DNA of 64,000 bases from Malacoraja senta (taxonomy: Eukaryota). The notes beneath the pieces were generated by a model. That model had not been told where the DNA came from, made no database searches, and saw nothing but the letters and a program-made list of their open reading frames with translations. Positions 12,661 through 25,907 of the stretch are shown here, one piece after another; within the stretch, counting starts at the first letter, position 1; the number at the start of each line of letters is the position of its first letter. Where the stretch lies: contig CM075994.1 in the NCBI GenBank assembly GCA_038087875.1, forward strand, positions 5,334,001-5,398,000, written 5' to 3'. The position numbers and the translations under genes are program-made.

Positions 12661-13429
12661 ACCATTTGTGATCGGACAGGAAATGTATCTGGCCCTGATT
12701 ATGGCGTTCATTATGAAAACGCCTCCGGGCTTATTGCTGAATTCAGTGCAACACAGCGGAGGCAGGGAAGTTTAAATGGATATTCATATACTTACTTCAA
12801 GATACATCTCGACAAATGGACAGCATATAGACATTCCGCGTGATTGTGTATTGCATATAATATGATCAATAAAAAGTGTAATTCCAAATCCAATTATTCT
12901 GCCATCTGATGTACCTCTACGACGGATATTTGTTTGTTACATCACGCACTAGCTGCAGCGGAAACTAGCATGTCTAAGGAAAGTATTTAAAACATTTACT
13001 TTTATTTCATCTATTTGGAGTCAGGCCAGCTGTGAAATAATTACAGATTGGAACAGTTACGGTTTTAATTGTCTATACTTAATAATCACCTAATCGATTT
13101 CTATGATCTTACGTGCAAAGCGAGCGAGTCACTTGTGTACATAAAATATAGACACCAATATGGGTAACTGTCAGATTTAGGCGGAGTTCGGTCAAAGTAA
13201 GTTACGTGTGTTATTTCAAACTTCGATCGCCATCTTAAACATTTTTTCTGCTTCGAAAAGAAAGATATATAATAGGCGCGATACTATCCATGTGACACGA
13301 AAAATGATTTGGCGTGTTTTGTAATGCGAGTCAAGTTCGCAGAACGTAGAAGATTAGAGATAGAAGTCCCAACTACACAGTACGCGATCAGCGAGCAGAT
13401 AGAAAGACCAATGCAATGATGTGGAATAC

Positions 13430-13800
13430 TACGATTTCATAAGATCTTGTGAGAGGAGCAGAATTAGTCATTCAGCCCATCAAGTCTTCTCCGCCATTCA
13501 ATAATGGCGAATCTTTATCTCCTACTGCCATTCTTCTACCTTTTCCCCAAAACCTCTGACAGCTGTACTGATCAATAATCTATTCATCTCTGACTTAAAA
13601 TATCCACTGAATAGGTATCTTCTGCCTTCTAACGCAAAGCATTCTACAGATTCAACACCGACTGCCTATAGACATTTCTCGTCATTTCTTTCCTGAAAGA
13701 AAGTCCTTTAATTAAAACGATATGACGTCTCGACATAGATTCCCCCACTCGTGGAAACATCCTCTCCACATCCACTGCATCCAAGCTTTTCAGCATTCTG
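13430..13800 (-). mobile_element. Old CR1 3' fragment; copy at 19578-19948
   Basis: LKSLDAVDVERMFP..FRKEMTRNVYRQSVLNL plus CR1 3'UTR. Confidence 0.7.
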
Positions 13801-14776
13801 CACGTTGCAATGACGACCCAGACACGTTTTCTTGGTGCATCGAGTCGAAGATGGACATAACCCATCGGAGGAGGCGGATTGCCAATATAAGGTTTGAATT
13901 GGTTTATTTACTTTCGTAGCTGACTTAAATTTAAATTTTAGGAGAACGATTTCCGATGATCTGTAAAATGCGCTGTGCTAAACATAGCTGGGGCCACATT
14001 GAGGGTGTTTCGTTCAGTTTTGGCTACTCTGAAGTAGGAACATATTTTTGAACTGGAAGCGTGCGGAAACGGTTTTCGAGAATGTTACCAGGACACGGGA
14101 GGCTAATCTATAGGGAGGGGTTGAACAGGCAGCTCATTATTCATTGGAGCGCAGGAGGATGAAAGATGATCTCAAATGTTTCAACCGTCTTTTATTGTCA
14201 CATGTACCAATTAAGGTACAGTGATATGCGAATTACCATACAGCCATACGAAAAAAAAGCAACAAGACACACAACTACAGAAAAGTTAAAATAGACATTG
14301 ACCACAGCGGATACCCCACATCCTTCATTGTGACGAAAAGCAAAACAAATCCAAACTTCTTCATCTTTATTCTCCCGCGGGCGGGGCATTCGAACCGTCC
14401 GTCGGGGCGATCGAAGCACCAGCAGCCGGCGGTCGAACCTCCCGCGTCGTGGCGGTCGAAACGTCCGCGTCGTCGGCTTGGATTTCCCGAAGTCGGTCTC
14501 TGACCAGACACCGGGAGCTGCGCGATGTTTCGGTCATGCAGGCTCTCTCGGTGCAGCTCTCAAAATCGGTCTCCAACAAAGGCCACCAACTGCCCGATGA
14601 TTGAACGCAGTGTGGAGATACGATGCGGAAAAAAATCGCATCTCTGCCTAGGTAAGAGATTATAAAAACAGTTTCCCCCAATCGCTCTCATCCCTACACT
14701 CCCCACATAAAACAATGGAACGAACACTAAAACATACATTGAACATGTATAATTAAAACACAAATAAGGAAAGGAG

Positions 14777-16645
14777 GTACACAAAAATGCTGGAGAAACT
14801 CAGCGGGTGTAGCAGCATCTATGGAGCGAAGGAAATAGGCAACGTTTCGGGCCGAAACCCTTCTTCAGACTGATAAGGGGTGGGGAGAAGAAAGGAAAAA
14901 GGCGCAGGAGGATCCCGAGGGCTGAGGGATGGGAGGAGACAACCAAAGGGCTGAGGAAGGGGAGGAGACAGCAAGGGTTAGCCAAATTGGGAGAATTCAA
15001 TGTTCATGCCCCCAGGATGCAGACTGCCCAAGCAGAATATGAGGTGCATTTCCTCTAATTTCCGGTGTTGCTCGCTCTGGCCATGGATGAGACCCAGGAC
15101 AGAGAGGTCGGATACGGAATGGGAGGGGGAGTTGAAGTGCTGAGCCACCAGGAGGTCAGTTTGGTTATTGCGAACCGAACGCAGGTATTCGGCGAAACGA
15201 TCGCCAAGCCTCCGCTTGTTCTCACCGATGTAGATCAGCTGACATCTAGAGCAGCGGATGAAATAGATGAGGTTGGAGGAGATGCAGGTGAACCTCTGTC
15301 GCACCTGGAACGACTGCTTGTGTCCTTGAATGCAGTCGAGGGGGGAGGTGAAGGGACAAGTGTTGCATCTCTTGCGGTTACAAGGGAAAGTGCCCGGGGA
15401 GGGGTGGTACGGGAAGGAAGGGAAGAATTGACAAGGCAGATATGGAGGGAGCGGTCTTTGCGGAAGGCAGGCATGGGGGGAGATGGGAAGATGTGGCGAG
15501 TGGTGGGGTCACGTTGGAGGTGGCGAAACTGACGGGGGGTCACTTGATGTATGTGACGGCTGGTGGGGTGAAAGGTGAGGACTAGAGGGTCTCTGCTTTT
15601 GTTGCGAGTGGGGGGATGGGGAGAGAGCGCATTGTTGCGGGGTATGGCAGAGACCCTGGTGCGAGCCTCGTCTATGGTGGAGGAGGGGAACCCCCGTTCC
15701 CTGAAAAATGAGGACATTTCGGATGCACTGTTGTGGAACGCCTCATCCTGGGAGCAGATGCGGCGTAGACGGAGGAATTGGGAGTGGGGGATGGAGTCCT
15801 TACAGGAAGCAGGGTGGGAAGAAGTGTAGTCCAGATAGCCATGGGAATCAGTAGGTTTATATTGGATGTCGGTAAGAAGTCGATCACCTGCGATGGAGAT
15901 AGTGAGGTCAAGGAATGGTAGGGAAGTGTCGGAAATGGTCTAGGTGCATTTGAGTGCCGGATGTAGCGGAGGTAGAGGTCGGGGATGGGGCCCTGGTACG
16001 TATTGAACAAGGATTTTTCTACATACCCGACAAAGAGGCAGGCGTAGCTGGGGCCCATGCGTGTGCCCATAGCTACGCCTTGTATTTGGAGGAAATGGGA
16101 GGAGTAAAATGAGAAGTTATTGAGAGTAAGGACCAGCTCCGGTAGGCGGAGGAGGGTGTCAGTGCCCGGGTATAGGTTGCTTCTCTGGTCGAGGACGAAC
16201 CGGAGGGCTTTGAGACCATCCTGGTGGGGGATCGAGGTGCAGAGTGACTGGACGTTAATGGTGAAAATGAGGGGGTGAGGGTCTAGAGAATGGAATGCGC
16301 GGAGACGACGGAGAGTGTCTGAGGTGTCTTGAATATAGGTTGGGAGGGATTTAACCAAGGGGGGGATAGGATGGAATCAAGGTAGGTGGAGATGAGTTCG
16401 GTGGGGCCGAACAGGCAGAGACAATGGGTCTACCGGGACAGTCAGGTTTGTGGATTTTGGGGAGAAGGTAAAATCGGGCTTTGCGGGGCTGGGGCACGAT
16501 GAGGATGGAGGCTCGGTCGGGCAGGGCGTGGGAGTTGATGAAGTCGATGATGGTGCTGCAGATGGTGGCCTGGTGCTCGTCAGTGGGGTCATGGTCCAGG
16601 GGTAAGTAGGAGGAGGTGTCCGAGAGTTGGCGCGTGGCCTCAGCA
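14777..16645 (-). mobile_element. Penelope-like element (RT + GIY-YIG), 5'-truncated, defective; copy at 20925-22793
   Basis: FYLLPKIHK..GRPIVS, GVAMGTRMGPSYACLF, YLRYI (DD deleted), NLIYFIRCSRCQLIYIGE..RLGDRF; pLTR end. Confidence 0.9.
14838..14872 (-). ncRNA. Minimal hammerhead ribozyme motif in the Penelope pLTR; copy at 20986-21020
   Basis: Minus strand CTGAAGA-AGGGTTTCGGCCC-GAAACGTT: core boxes, stem II, palindromic stem III. Confidence 0.65.
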
Positions 16646-16689
16646 AGGAGAGACTGACTGTTGGCCAGGCAGCCATTGCTGGGGCACCC

Positions 16690-17045
16690 TCTAATAGAGG
16701 GGTACAAAGTCGTGAGATGAATAGATTGTGTAAACACAGAGACTTTTGCCGAGAGTAGGGGTATCGGCAACCAGAGGACAGAGGTTTACGTGGAGGTGGA
16801 AATATTTAATAGGCACCTGAGGAGCATCGTTTTGCATAAAAGGGTTTTCTCGTATGGAACGAGCTCCCGGAGTATGTCGTTGTGGTAGGTACTATCTTAA
16901 CGTTTACGAAACATTTAGACATGTAGCTGGATAGAATGGGCTCAGAGTGATATGGAATAAACGCAGGCAGGTGGGAATAGTGAAGATATGACATGTTGGT
17001 TGGCGAGAGCAAGGTGGGCCGAATTCCCCGTTTGCACGCTATAGC
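16690..17045 (+). mobile_element. Old CR1 3' fragment; copy at 22838-23193
   Basis: ctaatagaggggtacaaa..tggaacgagctcccgg..gtgggccgaa tail. Confidence 0.7.
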
Positions 17046-17101
17046 AGTCTGTGACTGTAAGTATACAGAAATATTGAAGGAGGGGGAAGCATTGACAATT
17101 G

Positions 17102-20100
17102 CTTCTGCTTCAGACTTCTTCTGGCCTGTCAGCAGCTTATTCACTGCTCTCTGAGGGCTCACAGCTGGAGACAGTTTACTCATTTAAAGGGCTTCAAACC
17201 ACCGTTTAAAACATCGCGTTTAACGATGACGTCATCAGCGCGACGACCAGAAGCTCCGGTAAGGTTTTTAAAAACAATCCCGATTTCTGGACCCGTTTTA
17301 CACGATAAATCGTGAAGTTTTTCGGTAGAGGAGCTAGGTGCACGTCTGTTAGTCCAACATGGCGCCACATGTGTAGCCCTAGCAAACCTGCCTGCCAGAA
17401 TGTCGGTCCCCCACCAATTAAGGTGTAACACGTCCGTTTTGTACAGGTACAGGTACCCCAGATTAGATCGCAGTGGTCTATACATCTAAATCCTTGCTCC
17501 CTGCAACAGCCCCTCAGCCACATATTCAGATCCCCTACCTCCCTGTTCCTGTCCTTGCTGGCACGAGGTACTGGAAGAAATCCAGATATAACCACCCTTG
17601 AATTCAGATTTTAAGTCTTCTTCTCAACTATCTGAACTCACGTTCTTCATCATCTTCCCGATGCCGTTTGTGCCCACGTGTACAAATATAGCCGGCTGTG
17701 CACCTTCTCTCTCGAGCATGTTCTGAATTTGGTTCATAACATCTTGAACCCTTGCTCCAGGGAGGAAACAGACCATCCTCGCCTCTCGCCTGTCGCCATA
17801 GAATCTCCAGTCCGCACCTCGCACAATGGAGTCACCCACCACTATGGCTCTACCTGACGTCGGTCTCACCGGTCCAGTCCCATCTCAAGGATTGGAGCTA
17901 CCGACGTGTCCGCCGCTCGGTCTGGGAGCGTCGTCCCCTCCGAAAGCTCCCAAGAGGGCGTGCCTATTTTCATTGAGCACAGCCACCTGGGTCTCCTGCA
18001 CTCTACGATTACTAACCTTTATCTCAGTCACACACCTTCGTTCTTTCCGTATCCACGACGTGACAACGTCACTGTAGGTCCTGTCCAGGAAACACTCTTT
18101 TTCCAAGATGGCCCTGATGTCATCCAGCTGCTTCTCCAGTGCCCCAACAGGGTCTTTCAGGAGCTTAACCTAGACACACTTGCCACAGATATAGCAGCCA
18201 GATGCTTCATCCGTGTGCCTGGCCTCCCACAACCTGCAAGCATCACACGGTTTAATCTTACCCGTCATGTGTTCACCGCGTCCCGTCCTCTTCAGCTTTT
18301 TGTGCAGTCTCCTCTCATCAGCCTCGTCGCCGTAGAGTCTCGAGTCAAACACTCACACTTTTCTCACAAGGCACTTCCCTCGAACTAAGGTAACACACCG
18401 TGGCAGTCGTCTCAATCATCCATCCATTTTAAATTTACTGCCACTGTCTGTTGAATGGAAATTCCCATGGTTCAACAATGGAACTGAAACATTTTTATCC
18501 CCAGCGAGAATATGCATAACTTTGACTTTAGTTTAGAGAGAAAGCCTGGAAACAGGCCATTTATCGGACAAAGTCCGAGAGGAACAACAATCAACTAGTA
18601 ATATTCAACACACTACGGACAATTTACAGAGCCCCCAATTAATGTACAAACCTGTACATCTTTGAAATGTGGGAGATAACCGGAGCACCGGGAGTAAACC
18701 AACGTGGTCAATGGGACAATGTTTACACTCCGTACAGACATCACCCGTAGTCTGGATCGAATCTGGGTAACCGGCAGCGACTATACCGCTGCACCACCGT
18801 AGCAGCCCACCATTTGTGATCGGACAGGAAATGTATCTGGCCCTGATTATGGCGTTCATTATGAAAACGCCTCCGGGCTTATTGCTGAATTCAGTGCAAC
18901 ACAGCGGAGGCAGGGAAGTTTAAATGGATATTCATATACTTACTTCAAGATACATCTCGACAAATGGACAGCATATAGACATTCCGCGTGATTGTGTATT
19001 GCATATAATATGATCAATAAAAAGTGTAATTCCAAATCCAATTATTCTGCCATCTGATGTACCTCTACGACGGATATTTGTTTGTTACATCACGCACTAG
19101 CTGCAGCGGAAACTAGCATGTCTAAGGAAAGTATTTAAAACATTTACTTTTATTTCATCTATTTGGAGTCAGGCCAGCTGTGAAATAATTACAGATTGGA
19201 ACAGTTACGGTTTTAATTGTCTATACTTAATAATCACCTAATCGATTTCTATGATCTTACGTGCAAAGCGAGCGAGTCACTTGTGTACATAAAATATAGA
19301 CACCAATATGGGTAACTGTCAGATTTAGGCGGAGTTCGGTCAAAGTAAGTTACGTGTGTTATTTCAAACTTCGATCGCCATCTTAAACATTTTTTCTGCT
19401 TCGAAAAGAAAGATATATAATAGGCGCGATACTATCCATGTGACACGAAAAATGATTTGGCGTGTTTTGTAATGCGAGTCAAGTTCGCAGAACGTAGAAG
19501 ATTAGAGATAGAAGTCCCAACTACACAGTACGCGATCAGCGAGCAGATAGAAAGACCAATGCAATGATGTGGAATACTACGATTTCATAAGATCTTGTGA
19601 GAGGAGCAGAATTAGTCATTCAGCCCATCAAGTCTTCTCCGCCATTCAATAATGGCGAATCTTTATCTCCTACTGCCATTCTTCTACCTTTTCCCCAAAA
19701 CCTCTGACAGCTGTACTGATCAATAATCTATTCATCTCTGACTTAAAATATCCACTGAATAGGTATCTTCTGCCTTCTAACGCAAAGCATTCTACAGATT
19801 CAACACCGACTGCCTATAGACATTTCTCGTCATTTCTTTCCTGAAAGAAAGTCCTTTAATTAAAACGATATGACGTCTCGACATAGATTCCCCCACTCGT
19901 GGAAACATCCTCTCCACATCCACTGCATCCAAGCTTTTCAGCATTCTGCACGTTGCAATGACGACCCAGACACGTTTTCTTGGTGCATCGAGTCGAAGAT
20001 GGACATAACCCATCGGAGGAGGCGGATTGCCAATATAAGGTTTGAATTGGTTTATTTACTTTCGTAGCTGACTTAAATTTAAATTTTAGGAGAACGATTT

Positions 20101-23100
20101 CCGATGATCTGTAAAATGCGCTGTGCTAAACATAGCTGGGGCCACATTGAGGGTGTTTCGTTCAGTTTTGGCTACTCTGAAGTAGGAACATATTTTTGAA
20201 CTGGAAGCGTGCGGAAACGGTTTTCGAGAATGTTACCAGGACACGGGAGGCTAATCTATAGGGAGGGGTTGAACAGGCAGCTCATTATTCATTGGAGCGC
20301 AGGAGGATGAAAGATGATCTCAAATGTTTCAACCGTCTTTTATTGTCACATGTACCAATTAAGGTACAGTGATATGCGAATTACCATACAGCCATACGAA
20401 AAAAAAGCAACAAGACACACAACTACAGAAAAGTTAAAATAGACATTGACCACAGCGGATACCCCACATCCTTCATTGTGACGAAAAGCAAAACAAATCC
20501 AAACTTCTTCATCTTTATTCTCCCGCGGGCGGGGCATTCGAACCGTCCGTCGGGGCGATCGAAGCACCAGCAGCCGGCGGTCGAACCTCCCGCGTCGTGG
20601 CGGTCGAAACGTCCGCGTCGTCGGCTTGGATTTCCCGAAGTCGGTCTCTGACCAGACACCGGGAGCTGCGCGATGTTTCGGTCATGCAGGCTCTCTCGGT
20701 GCAGCTCTCAAAATCGGTCTCCAACAAAGGCCACCAACTGCCCGATGATTGAACGCAGTGTGGAGATACGATGCGGAAAAAAATCGCATCTCTGCCTAGG
20801 TAAGAGATTATAAAAACAGTTTCCCCCAATCGCTCTCATCCCTACACTCCCCACATAAAACAATGGAACGAACACTAAAACATACATTGAACATGTATAA
20901 TTAAAACACAAATAAGGAAAGGAGGTACACAAAAATGCTGGAGAAACTCAGCGGGTGTAGCAGCATCTATGGAGCGAAGGAAATAGGCAACGTTTCGGGC
21001 CGAAACCCTTCTTCAGACTGATAAGGGGTGGGGAGAAGAAAGGAAAAAGGCGCAGGAGGATCCCGAGGGCTGAGGGATGGGAGGAGACAACCAAAGGGCT
21101 GAGGAAGGGGAGGAGACAGCAAGGGTTAGCCAAATTGGGAGAATTCAATGTTCATGCCCCCAGGATGCAGACTGCCCAAGCAGAATATGAGGTGCATTTC
21201 CTCTAATTTCCGGTGTTGCTCGCTCTGGCCATGGATGAGACCCAGGACAGAGAGGTCGGATACGGAATGGGAGGGGGAGTTGAAGTGCTGAGCCACCAGG
21301 AGGTCAGTTTGGTTATTGCGAACCGAACGCAGGTATTCGGCGAAACGATCGCCAAGCCTCCGCTTGTTCTCACCGATGTAGATCAGCTGACATCTAGAGC
21401 AGCGGATGAAATAGATGAGGTTGGAGGAGATGCAGGTGAACCTCTGTCGCACCTGGAACGACTGCTTGTGTCCTTGAATGCAGTCGAGGGGGGAGGTGAA
21501 GGGACAAGTGTTGCATCTCTTGCGGTTACAAGGGAAAGTGCCCGGGGAGGGGTGGTACGGGAAGGAAGGGAAGAATTGACAAGGCAGATATGGAGGGAGC
21601 GGTCTTTGCGGAAGGCAGGCATGGGGGGAGATGGGAAGATGTGGCGAGTGGTGGGGTCACGTTGGAGGTGGCGAAACTGACGGGGGGTCACTTGATGTAT
21701 GTGACGGCTGGTGGGGTGAAAGGTGAGGACTAGAGGGTCTCTGCTTTTGTTGCGAGTGGGGGGATGGGGAGAGAGCGCATTGTTGCGGGGTATGGCAGAG
21801 ACCCTGGTGCGAGCCTCGTCTATGGTGGAGGAGGGGAACCCCCGTTCCCTGAAAAATGAGGACATTTCGGATGCACTGTTGTGGAACGCCTCATCCTGGG
21901 AGCAGATGCGGCGTAGACGGAGGAATTGGGAGTGGGGGATGGAGTCCTTACAGGAAGCAGGGTGGGAAGAAGTGTAGTCCAGATAGCCATGGGAATCAGT
22001 AGGTTTATATTGGATGTCGGTAAGAAGTCGATCACCTGCGATGGAGATAGTGAGGTCAAGGAATGGTAGGGAAGTGTCGGAAATGGTCTAGGTGCATTTG
22101 AGTGCCGGATGTAGCGGAGGTAGAGGTCGGGGATGGGGCCCTGGTACGTATTGAACAAGGATTTTTCTACATACCCGACAAAGAGGCAGGCGTAGCTGGG
22201 GCCCATGCGTGTGCCCATAGCTACGCCTTGTATTTGGAGGAAATGGGAGGAGTAAAATGAGAAGTTATTGAGAGTAAGGACCAGCTCCGGTAGGCGGAGG
22301 AGGGTGTCAGTGCCCGGGTATAGGTTGCTTCTCTGGTCGAGGACGAACCGGAGGGCTTTGAGACCATCCTGGTGGGGGATCGAGGTGCAGAGTGACTGGA
22401 CGTTAATGGTGAAAATGAGGGGGTGAGGGTCTAGAGAATGGAATGCGCGGAGACGACGGAGAGTGTCTGAGGTGTCTTGAATATAGGTTGGGAGGGATTT
22501 AACCAAGGGGGGGATAGGATGGAATCAAGGTAGGTGGAGATGAGTTCGGTGGGGCCGAACAGGCAGAGACAATGGGTCTACCGGGACAGTCAGGTTTGTG
22601 GATTTTGGGGAGAAGGTAAAATCGGGCTTTGCGGGGCTGGGGCACGATGAGGATGGAGGCTCGGTCGGGCAGGGCGTGGGAGTTGATGAAGTCGATGATG
22701 GTGCTGCAGATGGTGGCCTGGTGCTCGTCAGTGGGGTCATGGTCCAGGGGTAAGTAGGAGGAGGTGTCCGAGAGTTGGCGCGTGGCCTCAGCAAGGAGAG
22801 ACTGACTGTTGGCCAGGCAGCCATTGCTGGGGCACCCTCTAATAGAGGGGTACAAAGTCGTGAGATGAATAGATTGTGTAAACACAGAGACTTTTGCCGA
22901 GAGTAGGGGTATCGGCAACCAGAGGACAGAGGTTTACGTGGAGGTGGAAATATTTAATAGGCACCTGAGGAGCATCGTTTTGCATAAAAGGGTTTTCTCG
23001 TATGGAACGAGCTCCCGGAGTATGTCGTTGTGGTAGGTACTATCTTAACGTTTACGAAACATTTAGACATGTAGCTGGATAGAATGGGCTCAGAGTGATA

Positions 23101-23249
23101 TGGAATAAACGCAGGCAGGTGGGAATAGTGAAGATATGACATGTTGGTTGGCGAGAGCAAGGTGGGCCGAATTCCCCGTTTGCACGCTATAGCAGTCTGT
23201 GACTGTAAGTATACAGAAATATTGAAGGAGGGGGAAGCATTGACAATTG
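17102..23249. repeat. Tandem duplication, copy 2 (6148 bp)
   Basis: Starts cttctgcttcagac as at 10954 and ends attgacaattg as at 17101. Confidence 0.97.
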
Positions 23250-24902
23250 TTTCTGAAAATAAGCTTTGAGGTATTCAACCTGCTGTCACGAATGATTAGG
23301 GAGCTTCAGGTAAAGGAGGCATGGATCATAATAAGCAGACATTCTGGCAGGCAGGTTTGCTAGGGCTACACGGGTGGGTTTAAACTAAATAGTCGGGGGA
23401 CGGTTGAAAAATTGGGAGTATAACAATGGAGTTGAAGGGGAAGTGACTACAGGAAAAATTACCAAAGTTTATCGAATTAATGGGATGGAAAGCTCGAGAA
23501 TGGACAACAGAGTAGGGTCAGACCCAATTGCGAGTTGTGCGAGGGAGGAAGTGAATACGGACGTCAAAGTGCTCTATATGAATGCGCGAAGTATAAGGAA
23601 TTAAGTGGACGAGCTTGAGGCTCAGTTAGAAATTGGCAAGTATGATGTTGTGATAATTACTGAGACATGGCTGCAAGAGGGGCAGGGCTGGGAACTGAAT
23701 ATTCAAGGGTATACCCCCTATCGAAAAGACAGACAGGTGGGCAGATGGGGTGGGGTTGCCCTGTTGGTGAGAAATGAAATTCATTCCCTTGCAAGGGGTG
23801 ACATTGAAACAGGAGAAGTGGAGACTGTATGTTTAGGACTAAGGAATGATAAGAGTAAAAATACCCTAATGGGACTAATCTACAGGCCCCCAAACAGTAG
23901 CCTGGACATAGGGCGCAAGTTGAATCAGGAGTTAAAATTGGCATGTAGCAAAAGTAATGATGTGGTTGTTATGGGAGATTTCAATATGCAGGTAGACTAG
24001 GAAAATCAGGTTGGTACTGGACCCGTAGAAAGGGACTTCGTAGAGTGCCTTCGTGATGATTTCTTAGAACAGCTTGTATTGGAGACTAGCAGGGAGAAGG
24101 CAATTCTGGATTTAGTGTTATGTAATGAACCGAATTTGATAAAGAACCTCGAGGTTAACGACCCATTAGGAGGCGGTGACCATAGCATGGTCAGGTTTAC
24201 TCTACAATTGGAGAGGGAGAAGGGTAGTTCGAAGGTGTCAGTGTTGCAGTTGAATAAAGGGGACTATGGGGCCATAGAAACATAGAAACATAGAAAATAG
24301 GTGAAGGAGGAGGCTATTCGGCCCTTCGAGACAGCACCGCCATTCAATGTGATCATGGCTGATCGTCCCCTATCATTAACCCGTGCCTGCCTTCTCCCTA
24401 TAACCCTTGACTCCACTAGCCCCTAGAGCTCTATCTAACACTCTCTTAAATCCATCCAGTGATTTGGCCTCCACTGCCCTCTGTGACAGGGAATTCCATA
24501 AATTCACAACCCTCTGGGTGAAAAAGTTTTTTCTCACCACAGTCTTAAATGTCCTCCACTTTATTCTAAGACTGTGCCCCCTGGTTCTGGACTCAGCCAA
24601 CATTGGGAATTTTTTTCCTGCATCTAGCTTGTTCAGTCCCTTTATAATGTTATATGTTTCTATAAGATTCCCCCTCATCCTTCTAAACTCCAGTGACTAC
24701 AAGCCTAGTCCTTTCAATATTTCCTCATATGACAGTCCGGCCATCCCAGGGATCAACCTCATGAACCTACGCTGCACTGCCTCAATCACAAGGATGTCCT
24801 TCCTCAAATTTGGAGACAAAAACTGAACACAGTACTCCAGATGTGGTCTCACCAGAGCCCTATACAACTGCAGAAGAACCTCTTTACTCCCATACTGAAA
24901 TG

Positions 24903-25907
24903 TCTCAAGCACCATCTTGAGCAGCACAGGGGATCCACAAGGAACTGTGCTGGCTCCATTCCTGTTTACCATCTACACAGCGGATCTCCAATATAACACC
25001 AACAGCTGCTTTTTGCAGAAATTTTCGGATGACACAGCTGTTGTCGGCCTCATTAAAGGGGGCAATGAGGAGGAGCATAGGGACATAATAAGTAACTTTG
25101 TGGAGTGGAGTGCACACAATAACCTCCATCTTAACACCACAAAAACCAAGGAGATAGTTGTGGACCTCAGGAGGGGGAGGAGGAGGACTCAAGCAACACC
25201 AATCACCATTAAGGGCACTGAGGTGGAGGTGGTCGCTAACCACAGGTACCTTGGTGTGCAGCTTGACAGTGAGCTGGACTGGAAGTGTCATATGGAGGCG
25301 GTGTACAGGAAGGGACAAAGCCGACTGTATTTTTTAAGGAGGCTGAGGTCATTTAACATCTGCCAACCCCTACTGTGCAGTGTCTACCATTCAGTGGTGG
25401 GCAGTGCTCTGTTTTTTGCTGTGGCCTGTTGGGGAGATGGCGCCCGCATAGCGGACAAAAACAGACTGGACAAGCTGATCAGGAAGGCCGGCTCAGTGGT
25501 CGGGGCTGAGCAACGAACGGTCCAGCAGGTGGCAGAGGCCAGAACTCTGAACAAACTGGGTTCAACAATGAACAACCCCACTCACCCACTCCATGCCCTG
25601 AAGGTGATCAAGGGCAGCATCTTCAGTCAGAGACTGATTGCACCAATGTGCAAAACTGAGAGACATAGGAAGTCCTGTTTACCAGCTGCTATAAGGTTAT
25701 ATAATGCGCATAAATAACTGTATTTTAATTGTATTTTAACTTGTATTTTAACTTGTATTTTAACTTGTATTTTAACTTGTATTTTAACTTGTTAAGTATG
25801 GGAGCTATTTGAGGAAATGTGTGGTGTTATGTCTGTCTTGAAGCTGTCGTGGCACTGTAATTTCCTGTAAAGGATTATGAAAGGTATATCTTATCTTATC
25901 TTATCTT
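24903..25907 (+). mobile_element. 5'-truncated Rex1/Babar-type LINE (RT C-half, ORF 24917-25717)
   Basis: PQGTVLAPFLFTIYT, QKFSDDTAVVGLI, SRLYFLRRLRSF; (ATCTT)n tail; short aaat duplication. Confidence 0.82.
25719..25792. repeat. 12-bp minisatellite (TGTATTTTAACT) x ~6 in the Rex1 3'UTR
   Basis: Direct reading of the tandem units. Confidence 0.9.

Larger units (their letters stand above)
14180..16688 (-). mobile_element. Non-autonomous GC-rich retroelement with Rex1-like 3' end, split by Penelope; copy at 20328-22836
   Basis: 3' hairpin + tgacaataaa at ~14190-14230; 5' cap remnant cagcaatggctgcctggccaacagtc at 16655-16688; similar layout to 59606-60443. Confidence 0.55.
10954..17101. repeat. 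Tandem duplication, copy 1 (6148 bp)
   Basis: Every internal ORF recurs with identical translation at +6148. Confidence 0.97.

Noticed and set aside
12796..12973. Minus-strand exon with plausible splice sites
   Set aside because: Stops in all three frames and no recognisable protein.
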